From NCBI GenBank assembly GCA_018398765.1, contig JAHBMJ010000112.1, positions 186,001 through 244,247 on the forward strand: a stretch of DNA of 58,247 bases, given 5' to 3'. Below are positions 1-13,302 of this stretch, piece by piece. The position numbers and the translations under genes are program-made. Source of the DNA: Chromera velia. Its lineage: Eukaryota. Position 1 is the first letter of the stretch. Each line of letters opens with the position of its first letter. The notes under the pieces were generated by a model, which saw nothing but the letters and a program-made list of their open reading frames with translations, did no database searches and had not been told where the DNA came from.

Positions 1-615
1 TGATCCGACCGGTCCGGCCCCGATGGAACTGTGCGCCTTTCAGGCAAACCGGAACTCGATCGTGGGAGGTATGTCCCCATGTCACCCTGCTATTCCTCCG
101 GTAGTCTGGATGGAGAGAAGCGCTGTCTCTTGTGTGGCCGCAAAGGTCACCAAATGAGGGAATGCAGGATGGGACCACGTCTCCCTCCATAGGGGGTTAT
201 GCAGGCTCTTGACACCTCGCGGACGGGATTGTCTCTGCCTTCGCGCTCTAGGGGGAGAGACAGATGGAGTCGACAACAACTAGCACAGAGAAGCAACCCA
301 TCTTCTCCCATATCACCGGGTCGAGATTTTAGGCACACAGGCACTCAAGGTCGCTCCTGGTCACCGTCCTTTAGCGGGTCCCCTCAACCACACCACTCTC
401 GAGCTCAGCCGGCGCGCAGGGTGGGATCGAGGCGTGTCGCGGAAGTGAGAACAATCTGCAAGAGGAGTGAAGAGGACGATATGCTGTAGTACGTAGAGAA
501 GCAGTAGAGACAGCAGGACAGAAAGGCGATCAGATAGAAAATGAACTGGATGAGGATGAGGATGATAGTTTTCAGACTGGTTTTGTTTATTAAGGCACGA
601 TCGCGGGCGTTCTAG

Positions 616-1060
616 TGAGAGTGATATACAACATAGGAGCAGACAATATTTTTATTGATCGCCGGATTGCACACAAGTAATGGATCGCTTTTATTGTTCT
701 GCTTTACTAAGATATAGATGTGTGGACTGGGTTTGAGAGTGTGCGTGTCTCTGAGTTATATGGATCTGCTTTGGTGTGTCTGCCTGCAGTTTTGTTCGAG
801 AAGTTCGGAGCTTGATTTGGTGTGTGTATGTGCATGCAGTGGCTTGTGAGAGACTTTCTGAGTTTGAAAGTCAAGTTGAGTGGAGAATGAGAGGCCAAGC
901 GTGGACGTCGGCATTTTAAGCGGTGGGTAGATATAGGCCTGGCTTAGCGTCTAGGACGGGCGATGCGCCATGCACCGTGGCTTGCGGAGTGGCAGTGCCA
1001 TGAGGCACGTGCATGAATGGTGTTGCATGTTGTCATGTAGCATTCTGACGTGGCCTGACA
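616..1060 (-). mobile_element. Candidate 5' LTR of a retroelement running off the left edge of the window
   Basis: Minus strand begins TGTCAGGCC at 1060 and contains a TATA-like tract (~930) and AATAAA (~650). It can end in CA at ~616-622 and is followed by non-microsatellite sequence to position 1. No partner LTR or recognisable ORF is in the window. Confidence 0.3.
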
Positions 1061-1229
1061 TTAGAAAGGATCAGTCTGCCTGCATGCTTGTTTGATTGAT
1101 ATGGCAGCATCTGACTGATGAACTGATAGGAGAACTCTTCTAGGTCAAAGATTCTAAACAGTTTACAATGAATGTAATTAAAAGCATTCACTAAACTGTA
1201 GCCCCGTCGAAGCTTGTATACAACTTACA

Positions 1230-1344
1230 GTGTGTGTGTGTGTATGTGTATGTGTGTGTATGTGTATGTGTGTGTGTGTGTGTGTATGTATGTGTGTGTG
1301 TGTATGTGTGTGTGTGTGTGTATGTATGTGTGTGTGTGTGTGTC

Positions 1345-1396
<52 letters not shown>

Positions 1397-1428
1397 TCTC
1401 CCTCTCTGTGTGCCTCTCTCTCTCTGTT

Positions 1429-1473
<45 letters not shown>

Positions 1474-1489
1474 CTCTTTCTCTCTCTCT
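1230..1489. repeat. Compound microsatellite (TG/TA)n followed by (TC)n
   Basis: Directly visible dinucleotide runs. Confidence 0.97.
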
Positions 1490-3006
1490 CCCCATCATCC
1501 CCCTTCTTCCTCAGTCCTTTCCTATTTCTCTTTACCCCGTTGTTTGTCTGTACACAAAGAAAAGGAGGGAGAAGAAGGAACATGTAGTCTAGCTGTGTGT
1601 TTGTTGGTCCATGCCTGCGCATGCCCTCTTGATCGATCCCTGATTTCTTTCTTTTCCCGCCCGGTGTCTAAAAATGTCTCTTTGCCTGAAGCGCCCTGCT
1701 GATATAAAGTTCATAGGGAGACAAGCCTCAGGCAATCTTTTCCGCTTGAAGCAAGTACGTACAGTGCTCCTGGATGGTCTCTCTTATATATTCATCTTCT
1801 TCATTCGGTCTGACCTTTCTGAATTGGCCTTTGTGTGAGGGCCGGGGGAAAGAGATCTTTGTGACCATCAAACCAATGACACCCTCCCTCTGTTCTGTGC
1901 ATCTGTGCAGGGAGAGGGAGAAGACAGCAGGGAGGCAAAGGGGGAAGCCGGTGGGCCTAGGGGGGAAAGAGAATTCTGAAAGGAGATCATAGGTCTGTCT
2001 GTGAGTCCTTTTCTCATTTCGTTTTTCGTTGTTTATGTTATTACACAAAGTTTGAATTCTACTCTTGTTCTACGTGGACGTTGGGGCATCGGTCTATGTG
2101 ATTGACTGGTTATCCGTCCGGCCCCTTCATTCTCTCTTCTTTTGTTTTCTCCTTGTGGTCTATATAACTCTAAAGAACCACCTGTCTGCACCTGTCTGAC
2201 TTTTTGACGGCTCGCTCTTCCTGTGCTCCCTTCATTTCTGTATCGATCTATCTTGCGTGTTTGTTTTTTTGTGATATTAACATCGGCATGCGCCTTCTCT
2301 TTTCTTGACAAGAGGAGAATGTACACTTTGTCCGCTCACCTGGATAAGCTCTTCGTTTGCCTTTGCCAGATCGAGAGTGGAACTTTTTTTATGCAAGCTG
2401 GATTTAACCACTTCTGCTCTGTTGCTGCAACTATCAGGATTTGCACATTCATGAACAAGCAATTCATTCATTCTGTACATGTTTTAATATGATTACATTT
2501 GTTGGTGCAGGTGCCATAACCTATGAAAGTGGAACGACATTCGACGACCTTGCAGGTCAGCATGACTTGTTCCAACAACTCCATCGTCTATGCACAAAAA
2601 AATGCAGTCAAAAGGGCCCAAATCAAATGCCAACTGTCTATCCTATATATGTATAAATGCCATAGCCACCGGATTGCTCTCCAGAAAGTGACGGTCTCCT
2701 TCCTTTTCTATGTCCCTTCATTTCATTCCATCTCTTTTTTGGAAGGAAAGGAGGTCTTACTTTTATATCACGAAGTCTTCAGCTTGCATACAATGCAGAG
2801 TGAGTGCCCAAATATTCATCTAGAAAGCCGATTTCCCCGAATTCATGTGACTTTTGGGGTTTTTCTATCTCTTTTCTTTTCCATTGCAGGTCTAGAATAC
2901 ATTAAAAGCGTGGTGCAGACCGCCGTGGTCGCTCTGATCATCGCTCCGCACTTCTACACCAGGGCATCAGTTTCTCTTTCTTTCTTTCTTTCTTTTTTTC
3001 TTTTTT

Positions 3007-3038
<32 letters not shown>

Positions 3039-3933
3039 TTTTTTCATGCGTTGACGATTGACTGCATGAGTGATGGAGTGACTGCGTGAGTGAGGAAGGA
3101 AGTATATCGCTTCCTAGAGGATTGAGGAGATGTATGCGTGATCAGATGACAGGGTAAGTCGGTGAAGTGTGTGTTAGGAAGTGAAAACGTGATTAAAAGT
3201 TTGGTGGGTGAGTTAGTGTGAGCGTGCGTCTGCATTTATGTTTTCTCTCACTGCGTATTCATGTAAATGTCTTCTGCTTTTGCTTCGTATTTGGCGACTT
3301 TTTTTTTTAGCGCTGGCCGTAGGATCAGAGGCCTACATGCAGAAAGCTTCTTTACGTTCATGAGCATGAAGCATGAGGAAGGAAAGGAAAACAAAAAAAA
3401 CTTCTTTTTGCTTTCATGAGCATGAGAGAGGATGGCTTTGCTGTTGTAAGCATAGAGTACGGATAAGGACCACATTTTTTGCAGCCTCCGGGAACCGGAA
3501 AGACAGAATTTAACACTTAAGGCCATCGCTGGGGAGGTGCGAAAGAAGTGCTCAAACATGAAAATTAGGTACCTATCTGGTGAGTCTGCGAGGAGGAATA
3601 GAATAAGTGATCTCCATTTGGGTCTCCTGTTCTGTCTTTCTCGGCCCTTTTCTCCTTTCCTCTCTTTTCTTTTTTCCCTTCTTTCCTCTTCTTAAGCCTT
3701 TTTCTTTCTTTTTCCTCGACCGGCATCCCGTCTGTCTGTGAGTCTATGCACTTTTCTTTTTCGGTCTTTATTTACTGATGTCACGACAGTTCCTGAGTTG
3801 TTGCCCTCCTGCTTCTCAAATTCATTTGACCAGGCTTCTTAAATTTATATACGATCCGTGGATGCAATTTGCATAACTAAATTTGGTATCAGCAGAGAAA
3901 AGGTCAAGTCTCATGCAGCGTCTCTCAATTCGC

Positions 3934-3977
3934 TTCTCTCTCTCTCTTTTTCTCTCTCTCTAGCTCTTGCCCTTTCC

Positions 3978-4040
<63 letters not shown>
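3934..4040. repeat. (TC)n microsatellite
   Basis: Visible dinucleotide run. Confidence 0.95.
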
Positions 4041-4041
<1 letters not shown>

Positions 4042-4568
4042 AAGAGAGACATTCAGGAGCTTTTCATCAGTCTCAAACTCTCAATTTGCATCTGCATACT
4101 GCTATGCTTTGTAGGTCTGGATATTGAAAAAGAGCCCTGGGTGAGGGCCCTGGTTCCATACCGCCGTCTTCGTATCTCTGCACCTTCTCCTGCGGGGAGT
4201 CTCTGGCGCTCCCCCTATCTGTATGTTCTGGCTGTTCCATTCCTGCTCTCTTTGTCACCCTGCATTGTGATTGGAGTCACAGTTCTATGTAGAATAGATA
4301 TAGACCTATAAGCACTATCAGTTTGAACATCTAACTTTTTATCATTCTGGAGAAATCGACCTCTACAGTTTGATCCAAATAAGTAATTTATAGCTTTTTA
4401 AATTACTTAAGTTTGGTTTACTATTTTTAATTACTTTAAATTCCCGTAAATTTAATAGTAAATTACTTTATAAATTCATTATTTATTTATAAATTACTCA
4501 AAATTGCAAGGTCTATTAAATTGATATGAGTCACATAATACTACTATATAGCTTACCCCGGGCCCATC

Positions 4569-5069
4569 TACACTGTGCTGTTAGGAGTAAGTACCGGTCT
4601 TTTTCAGAAGGCTCTTGGTTACTATCAATTTGGTAACCAAAATTTAGTAACTGGCAAAGGCTGAGGAGACTACCGCTACCATGGTAATCTGGCCGTATCT
4701 GGCTGTAAATATGTTGGATCAGGATCTAATATAGGAGAAACACACCTTTAAAGACTGCGTACAACGTAAAAAAGATCCTTTTTAGACTTGTTTTGACTTA
4801 GTCTAAGTTGTTTCTATAATATCAAAAAATTGACTTGCACGTACAGATATTTGTAGATATAAGAGATATTTGCAACAAATCTATTTTTAGTACCCAATTT
4901 ACTCACTAGTTTGTCCAGTTAAAAAGGACGATTACCACTATTTTAGCTACCAAAACAACGGTAATCAACGTGACTCTTCATCATTACCATAACCATGAAA
5001 ATGGTTACCAAGCGATCTAACGGCCGCCTGGGTATAACCAAACTAAGTTACTCATAACAGCATAGTATA
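4569..5069. mobile_element. Non-autonomous TIR element (MITE-like, ~500 bp)
   Basis: Left TACACTGTGCTGTTAGGAGTAA (4569-4590) vs reverse complement of right end TATACTATGCTGTTATGAGTAA (5048-5069), 19/22 match. Flanked by GGCCCATC (4561-4568) and GGCTCATC (5070-5077), an 8-bp TSD with one C>T; a TA TSD is an alternative reading. Interior is rich in GGTAA/TTACC motifs. Confidence 0.7.
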
Positions 5070-6516
5070 GGCTCATCAAGTAAAATCCGGTTGAACTTAC
5101 AAATTAATAATCACAGAAATAACCATGCATCAGTCTATCATCAATCCTAGCTTCTAACCTAGCTTCGATTCTAGCTTACAAGTAGCTGTACTAGCTGAGT
5201 CTAGAGCTGACTCAGCTGAGTGTGCTACAGCTTGAATATTATGCTAGCTCTCGTTCTAGCTTGATCATATAATCCGATGCTATATGCTATGTTATGATCT
5301 CAACTACCTTATCAACTGAAAGCGCTGAGTCCTCACAAAAGTAACATGTTTGATCATATATAGTGACCAAAATGATTATACATGCATACTATATCCTATA
5401 TCCTGCTCTTGTGGGGGAGAAGGCAGATGGGAGGGTTGGTTTATTATGTGCTATGCAAGTTTTGTCTTTTCCAAGGACTGGGTACCTCCGTCTGGCGTGC
5501 ATGCTTAAGACTAAAATGAAGGGGCCGCCTAGTGTTGCAAGCTTTCAAATGCCCCATGGAACCTAGATTGAGTGAGCGTTTTGTACGACATGGGGTTGTG
5601 CTCAAAGCTTTGTTAGTGGCTTGGGGTCTGGCATCGCCGGATCTAGGATTTAACCCTCAATCATCATCATCATCATCATACCATCATCATCATTATTATT
5701 ATTATTAATCGGTCTATAGGCCATCGGTCTATAGGTCCTATCAAAATATTTTTTTAGATATTTTTTTGGAATAAAACTAGACGCTAGGAACAAACTTTAA
5801 GTCAATGCCGTGGTAAACTAGGAATAAAAGCTAGGAACGTGTTGCTGACGTTTTGTTACATACTATCATCATCATCATATTGACGATGCTGTGCATCGCC
5901 TGACTGATTGTATAGGGAGGAGAGAGGAGTAAGCAGCATTGAAAGCGGTAGTGAGAGAAGTGAAGGATGGTCTCTCTCTTTTTGATAGGGTTACCGCTGC
6001 GCAAAGAGTGGCAGCAATCTCTAAGGTTAAAAGGGCGGGCCCAGCAGAGGTAGAAGCCTTTGAGAGCTGCTTCTTGATGCTTAATCATAAGCCGCGGCAG
6101 GGGTTTGAAGCAATAATCAGGTGCTTGAGAGAGGTAGAGAATTGAGAGCATGCGTTTGATCTAGAATAATCGATCGATCAAACACCCTATGCATGAATGC
6201 ATGGATAAACGGACCACCCGAGCCCAACAGAGGCTAGGGGTTAAGTCTTTTATCATCATTCACCATCGCCATTGGCCCACAAATGAGTGTTTGACGTTCA
6301 GTAGGTTCGATGTGCAGCTAGACACACTGCTAGGGCAGTCCTCTCCGATAAAGGAAGATAATAAAGGCAAGAACGGTTTTCCCGTGACGGTCACTCACTG
6401 GATTCCCGCGGCAAGGCAGAGTGGTATAGAGTGGTCTTACATCCTCACAAAGAACGCGTGGCCTTGTCTTCTTTCTACCAAAATCTAGCTCAATCAGAAA
6501 CAAAGAAGAGTCAGAG

Positions 6517-7551
6517 CTAGGGTAATTGACTTAAAATATTACTAGATGCATTTTAGGGGTTACACATAGGGTATGTTAGTATTTAACGTTACTCCTACAC
6601 TAAAAACCATTTTTTTAGGACTTGTTATATTAAATTACTTCAAATAAAGTCAACATCTCATCAGAATGTTCACTAGTTCGCTTGCAATCTGCGATGAAAG
6701 TCTTGTCTCCAGGTGACATCTAGAAAGGGCTCGTAAACTCGTAATCCATATTAATATATGGTAAAATAGGGTAAACAGCCCTCTTCTCTGGACCCTTCTT
6801 CAAAAAACAAAAGAAAACCGTCATGATAGAATAATGTCATCACTAGACTTCAATCTCAACATCGATGACAACATCAAGGTCCTTCATGAGGAGCTTTTTG
6901 AACGCTTCTTCGACTTTTTGCAGCTCATCCTCCTCCATGAATAGACTTTTTCCCTAGCCTTTTCCTACGACTTTTGCATGGTGCAACCAATAAAAACAAC
7001 AGCAAGACCAACAATATTAAGGCAAATTTTAGGCTGCAATCGAACCACTGGCAGGCTTACGGCGGCTGCTGTTGCTCTGCAGCCTCCTGAGAGAGGCCGA
7101 GTAGTCAACTCAACGCCTCTTCCATCAGTTTCCCCCCCCTTTTTGCCCCTAAATCCCTAGCCTGAATCCTTCATAGCGCCTGATAGGCGCTCAAAAGACT
7201 ACAGAAGAAGAGAATTAATAATTTTTATTGTCTTTTGTATGAGCTACAGCGAGAAGCCTTGTGCTTTCTGGGAGATGGATGACGGCATGCAAGGAAAAAA
7301 AATATTGGTGGTCTTTCAAAAGATGCCGTAATCTCGTAATCCATAATCAGTTGTAAGAGACATACCATAAAAAGGGGGGTATATGATTATTTTTTCCCGT
7401 AATCACACTTAATTTCACCGGATTTAAGCTTTTTAAGATGAACTACATTCCTTTAGCCTAAAATGTTTATGTAATCTCTGTTTTTATTATATGTTTTATA
7501 TGATCTTACCTATAAAATCTTAATCGTAATTGAAATAGTCCAATACCCTAG
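6517..7551. mobile_element. Non-autonomous DNA transposon with CTAGGGT termini (~1035 bp)
   Basis: Left TIR CTAGGGTAATTGACT, right AGTCCAATACCCTAG (13/15 inverted match). Perfect flanking direct repeat GAGTCAGAG at 6508-6516 and 7552-7560. AT-rich interior with recurrent GTAAT/ATTAC motifs; no transposase. Confidence 0.8.
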
Positions 7552-9220
7552 GAGTCAGAGAACTTCATTCTGATAGGCTAGGCTAGATTGTGCCCTTTCA
7601 TCTTCATATCTCGCCCCAAAGCTCCTTTTGGCCTTGCCTGTTCTAAGGTAGACGGTGGCAGAGTGATAGAGACGGCTGAGGAGACGGGCAAAAATGGTAG
7701 CTTGGCTTGGCTTGGCTTGATCCTCATCCAGCGATCCATTTCCCAAAAAGGGAGAAAACCTCATCCGTCTGACCTCGTCGCCAGTTTTTCGTAATTGGTA
7801 TGCATGCGTACGCATACGCGTCGACTGCTTGTGCTGTCCAACCGCAGGTTAGTGAGGAACCCTTAAGAAGTAGCGTCTATTCCCCAGGTAGGTTCGCGGA
7901 ACTGCTAAAACTGTTTCCCGTCTCCTTTTTCATCTTTCCTCATCTTCCTTCTCAAATGCAAGCGCTGTCTTTTTTTTGGCCAAAAGGTTTCAGGACGGCA
8001 TTGTGTAGAAGTGAGACTTGCTTCCCTATCGAACAATGAATGCCAATTGTTGAGCTAAACTGGTTGTTCCATGAGCAAGGGGGCAAACTGTCTCTCGTGG
8101 TTGCTCTCAGGCCGTCTCCCCAGGGACTAACAAGAATCGATGCAAAGCTGGGTCGATCTGTGGCAAGAAAGCGCATCGCTTACATATCATGCACCTAAAA
8201 ACTTTTGATACTTTAGAGATCGGCCCGACGGCCCCTCCAAAAGCTAGTCCAAACGTATATCATCAATCAATCACTAGATCAATCAATCAATCAATCAATC
8301 AATAATAATGATTCAATAATAGGCTAGATAATAAATTATTATCAATCAATCAATCAATCAAGCAATCAATATAGGTTAGTAACAAAACTTATGTAAAATA
8401 ATGATTGATTGATAAAACTAGTGATGAAATGATATACAGTATATTACTGTATATAATTAATATTATATAAGTTATGACGAGATCTATTATACCTATTGCG
8501 ATACGATATATGGAGAGGTTGCATCAGGTTGCTGAAAGTTCTAGTGAAAGTTGCTAGGAAAGTTGTAAAATGGAAATCAGATGAACCGCAGAAGGGGGTC
8601 CGGGCGTTGGATTGAAAAGACGGACGGGGTGCTCCCTGAACAAGCTTGACGCCTCCTTTTATAATTCTCTGCGGAGCGACGAGCGTACGCAGACACAACA
8701 AGGACCGAAGACTGCAAGCAGGCTGTGAAGGAGATTCTTTCGCATGATCGAAAGAGGGGCAGGGGAGGCAAAACAATCTGGAATTGGTCCTTCTTTGGAA
8801 CTAACGGACGGAGACAACAAAAGGAGAGTTAGGAAGCCGTCTCGATCTCTGAGTAGAAAAACGCAATTCCAGAGAATACAGTGATCGAATGTACATGTGC
8901 TTGCGGACGAGAGAGAGGCCTTGCACAGCACCCAGCCCCTTCGTCCACCACGCACCCTTCTGCTATACATTTACACGAGGTGGGTGATAGAGGGAGTCAC
9001 CGAGAGACGAGAGAAGAAATGAACCCGGCCGGCCATTTTGACTTTCCACTCCAACCTGTGCATGCACGTGCATGGGAAGAGTCGATCAATCAGGCTGACG
9101 AGAAAGAAGTTCAGAGGAGACGAAGACACTGGCCGAACGAATGTGCAAAACGAAAAAGAAAGACGGAAGGAAGGAAGGAGACGGATGCCCAATCGACAAC
9201 CGAGGAAGAAAGGAGAAGGA

Positions 9221-9256
<36 letters not shown>

Positions 9257-9471
9257 CAGAAAGAAAGAAAGAAACAAGGAAAGAAAGAAAGAAAAGACGG
9301 ACAGAAAAAAAAAAAAAAAAGAAAGGAGAAAACAAGGAAGGCTTTTTTCTTCTCTCCACTCAGGGCACACATGCAGTGCGGGACGTCTATTCCTGCTGTG
9401 GTTCCTTCCCTCCCCCCTTCCTTTCTCCCTTCTCCTGTGTTCCCCCTCTCCCTCCTACCCCCCCCCTTTCT

Positions 9472-9836
9472 CTACCCGTTCAAAAAGAGGTCCCAGAACT
9501 CGGAGGGCTCCTCTCCCTCCGCCACTATGGCCACCCGCGCTTTGGGAATCACGCGGGTCTCCTGAAAAGAAAAGTGCATGCATTTACTTTCATACATATT
9601 CAAACATGCATTTACTTTACACTCTACGAATATGTATGAAAAGTGAATGGGAATCACGCAGGTCTCCTGAAAAGAAAAGAAAAGAAAAGAAAACAGAACG
9701 AAGAGGAAGGATTGAGAACGAAAAATCAACCAAGGGACGGGAGGAGACGGAAAGACAGGGAGGGGGGAACTCTGGATAGAGACCCTTGGAGGGAGATAGA
9801 CGACCGAAGACTTCAGAGGTCGGTAGGGACATTTTT

Positions 9837-9867
<31 letters not shown>

Positions 9868-12800
9868 GCAATGAATCTTACTGCATGGTTTGACATTCAT
9901 TTTGTCGACTGGTTTTATGGTCGTGAGGGCACAGAAGAAAAGGAAGAAGGTTCATTTGAAGAAAGTGACCAGAAGCTAGGTGAATGAAAATTCCCCCTAC
10001 TTTGCAAAAAAGGAAAGAGAGAAAGAAATTCTGGGCATCTCTCAACTTAAGAAAAGAATCCAACCGACGGACCATCAACTGCAAGGCAAGACCCTTAGCG
10101 TCATCGGCAGTCTCCGTGGACAAATTCTCGGAGTTCTCCTCACCGCACCACACCCATAACCGGGGTACTGTATCTTCCTCCTCTTCCTCTTCCTCTTCCT
10201 CCTCCCCTCCTGTTGCCGCTGTGGGCAAAGAGAGGACATCTTCGTCGACCTCCGCGTCAGATGACAGAGGCTGCACGCACATACATACACAGAGGACACA
10301 GAGGGTCAAGGAAACACCAACTTGTGGAGTGCACAGGACTGAGAAAAGTGGCAAGGTGATTGAGCAGAGAGAAAATGATAGAGAGCGCATAGCAGGTTTT
10401 GGTCTCGACTTGTCGCAGTCTTGCATTCAAAGATCTGCAGCACATACCCCGCCACACACCCCATGCAAACCTAGAGAAAAAGGAGTGCAATGAACAGCAG
10501 GCAAACCCAATTAACCCGCCGATCCCGTACCCACCAACCAACCAACCAACCTACCGGAGGTTTCTTCTCCAAGAGAACAAAGACGCCCTGACTATCCAGG
10601 TCGTCGGAGTCAAACATTCCCAGGGGCTCTCCCCATTCTCCGCAGCTGCAGGCAGACAGACACACAAGCAGAAAGCAAAAGGAACACCGACACATACACT
10701 GAACTTCGAAACAGAACCAAAAAAGATGTCATTCGAACCGTTTTCAAGACACGAAAAACGCTATTGCGCAAAAAAATCAGCGACTACTTCTCTTCTCTTC
10801 ATTTTTCATCAAGCCGACAGTTAGGCGGACTGACTGACTGACCAAAAAAGCATTGCACCCTCTTTTGCGACAGAGCCTGTCCCATCACCTGCGTCTCCCG
10901 CTGTTCCCTCCCCTCCGTCTCCTCCCCCCTCCCCGCCTCCAGACCGGAGGCGTGCATTGGCAGAAGCGGGTGGTTGTCTGTGGCCCCGTAAAGCGACAGG
11001 CGTCGGGGGACTATACACATTCGGCGGACCCCTCTCTGACCGACTTGTCGCCGCCAAAAGTGCAAATCCCGCCCGCCCCTTCGCCCCCGACTGCCCCCCC
11101 AACGCAGACGGATCCCCCCCTCCCTCAGGTCCCACCCCTCCCGCCGGAGACTGGGGCAGAGACACCGCCCCAGACACACCCAATAAAGGAATTGGAAGCC
11201 CATTCACATCCTTCCCACCTGCAGACACCTGCAGTCCGGACCCGCCTCCCCCTGTCTGAGTGGAGCTCCGCCGAGACCCCCGCCAGTCGACAGGTGCCGG
11301 TGTTATCGTTGTAGGGTGAGTGCCTTGGGGCTCCCCCCTGCCGGAGGAGGAGGCCGTCAGAGAGTGCGAAGTCCCCGACAGCTGCTGCGTCTTCTTCCGA
11401 CAGAGTAACTCGAAGTCCGCGGCGAACTGAAAAAAAGGAGAGAGAAAGATGCAGGGGTCAGCATGGACGGAATGCGCGTGCATGCGTTTCGCCATACTTA
11501 CTCACTCGATCGGTAGGTAGGGGCAATAACGCTTGGAGAAGTAGATAAACCTCACACATGGGTTTGAAAGGAAACCAACAAGGAAATACGGTGGAGAGCG
11601 AGGCAGCTCGATGTGAAGAAACCAAGGGCGATCGAACGACGAAAAGACAGCGAAGGTACAACACACAGACATGACGCGAGAAAACACTTTCGACGAAACG
11701 ACCAAGCATGACAGCAAGCAGGACAAAGGCACGCAGGAACAGACACAGACAAACAGAAAGTGGGCGCGCGTGTGACACGAGAGAGACAGAGACGGACGGA
11801 CGAAGAGACAGAGACAAACAGATAGAGAGACAGACCTCCTTGCGAAGGCCACTGAAGGAACGGGGAGCTGCGGATGACCGTGCCGAAGAGGACGAGGAGG
11901 GACTGAGGACTTCTGCTTGTCCCTCTCCGTCTCCCTCTTCCCTTAGTCCCTCATCTCTCAAAAGCCTCAAACCAGAAACAACACATTCTCTACTCGGTTG
12001 CTCTTCCTCGTCCTGATCCTCCACCCTTCTCTCCCCTCCCACCCCCTTCCAACGCTCTTCAACGATCGAAGCCACTCCGAGCCTCTGTTCATCGGTCAGG
12101 CACGCATCGACTAGCGCAAAGAAAGCATCATCCTCTTCGCCTTCGTCTAAAAACTTCATCACATCCGAGCCCCCCCCCTCTTTCCAGGCGACCAGACGCC
12201 CCTCTACACGCGCGATCGACCCAACCACATCTTCTGCAGCTTCCCGGCACCGTGCCGCCAAAGCGGGAGCACAGTCACGCCCTCTCCACAAAATACACTG
12301 CAAACAAGACAGTTCAGGGAACAGACGAGATCGAGTTGCTGTGCATCAATTTATTGACACCACAGCAGTATGACTATCTGCGGAAGACAATCTACGAACC
12401 AAAATTAGAAAAGACACACTCTCTTTTCGCGGAACAAAAAAGAAAGGTCACTTATGTAAGATGGAGAGCGGACACAGAAGCATGCAGCAGCTGCACAAAA
12501 AAGAACAGAGAACTTTGCTGAAGAATGAACGAACAAACAAGACAACAAACGCACCTTATCTGAGGCAAGGAGGGCGTACAGAAACCGCCTGTCAAGCACG
12601 GGCCACGCCTGCCGACCCTCTAACTCCCATTTCCGCACCTGCAAGGAAGAAAGGAAAAAGAGACGCTCACAACAGAAAATTCGCAAAAGAAAAAAAGAAG
12701 TGCCCAAAAAATCAGTCCGTCGCTCCACCTTCCTCCCACTCTTTCATATGAATCGCCCATCGTCTTCTGATTTGTTCAACTCGAACTCTTCCCACAACGA

Positions 12801-13209
12801 CTTGAGTTGAGGCAGCTCTGCCATCAACAAATCTTCCTTCCTTCCTTCCTGTCGGGAGTCTCTTCATCTGTCCAGACCCTTCCTTGCTTCCTTCCTTCTT
12901 GCGCACACGAATGCGCCAGCATCTTCATTTAGTAAAGATAAAAGCTCACATGCAGATCTTGTGAGAGGAAGGTCGAACGAACAAAATCGGGGACTCTAAC
13001 AAGGCCTTTCTACCTTTTGTTCTCCCCCCATCCCTTGTAGACAGACAGGCAGATCGATGGATGGATGGATGGGGGTGACTCACTGACCGGAGCTGCAATC
13101 ATCTTATCGTCCTTCACGTGGTGGACTTTGATGCGGAACATCTGCGTGCATCATGAGAGAGACAAGAGGGGCGGGGCACTCGATAAGAGGGCAAATTTCT
13201 CTTTCAATC

Positions 13210-13302
<93 letters not shown>

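Larger units (their letters stand above)
1730..8170 (+). pseudogene. Possible fragmented multi-exon gene of unknown function, interrupted by the 4.3-7.55 kb transposon cluster
   Basis: Short coding-like segments after pyrimidine tracts, most with AG/GT-type ends: 2511-2555 (GAITYESGTTFDDLA), 2890-2961 (GLEYIKSVVQTAVVALIIAPHFYT), ~3455-3579 (DKDHIFCSLREPERQNLTLKAIAGEVRKKCSNMKIRYLS|gtgagt), 4115-4140, and more at 7640-8160. No family motif recognised. Confidence 0.3.

Noticed and set aside
1178..1702. ORFs such as ERERER/HTHTHT and CVCVCV/LSLSLS (also at 8881-9779, 13065-13428, 15091-15823, 38441-39826)
   Set aside because: Stop-free translations of microsatellites, not genes
5650..6244. piggyBac-like element (TTAA-CCC...GGG-TTAA) containing the 68-aa ORF at 5939
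   Set aside because: Inverted similarity does not extend beyond about 3 bp past TTAA
8260..8420. (TCAA)n and (TTGA)n tracts as a TIR element or telomeric repeat
   Set aside because: Simple tetranucleotide microsatellites with no defined termini or TSD
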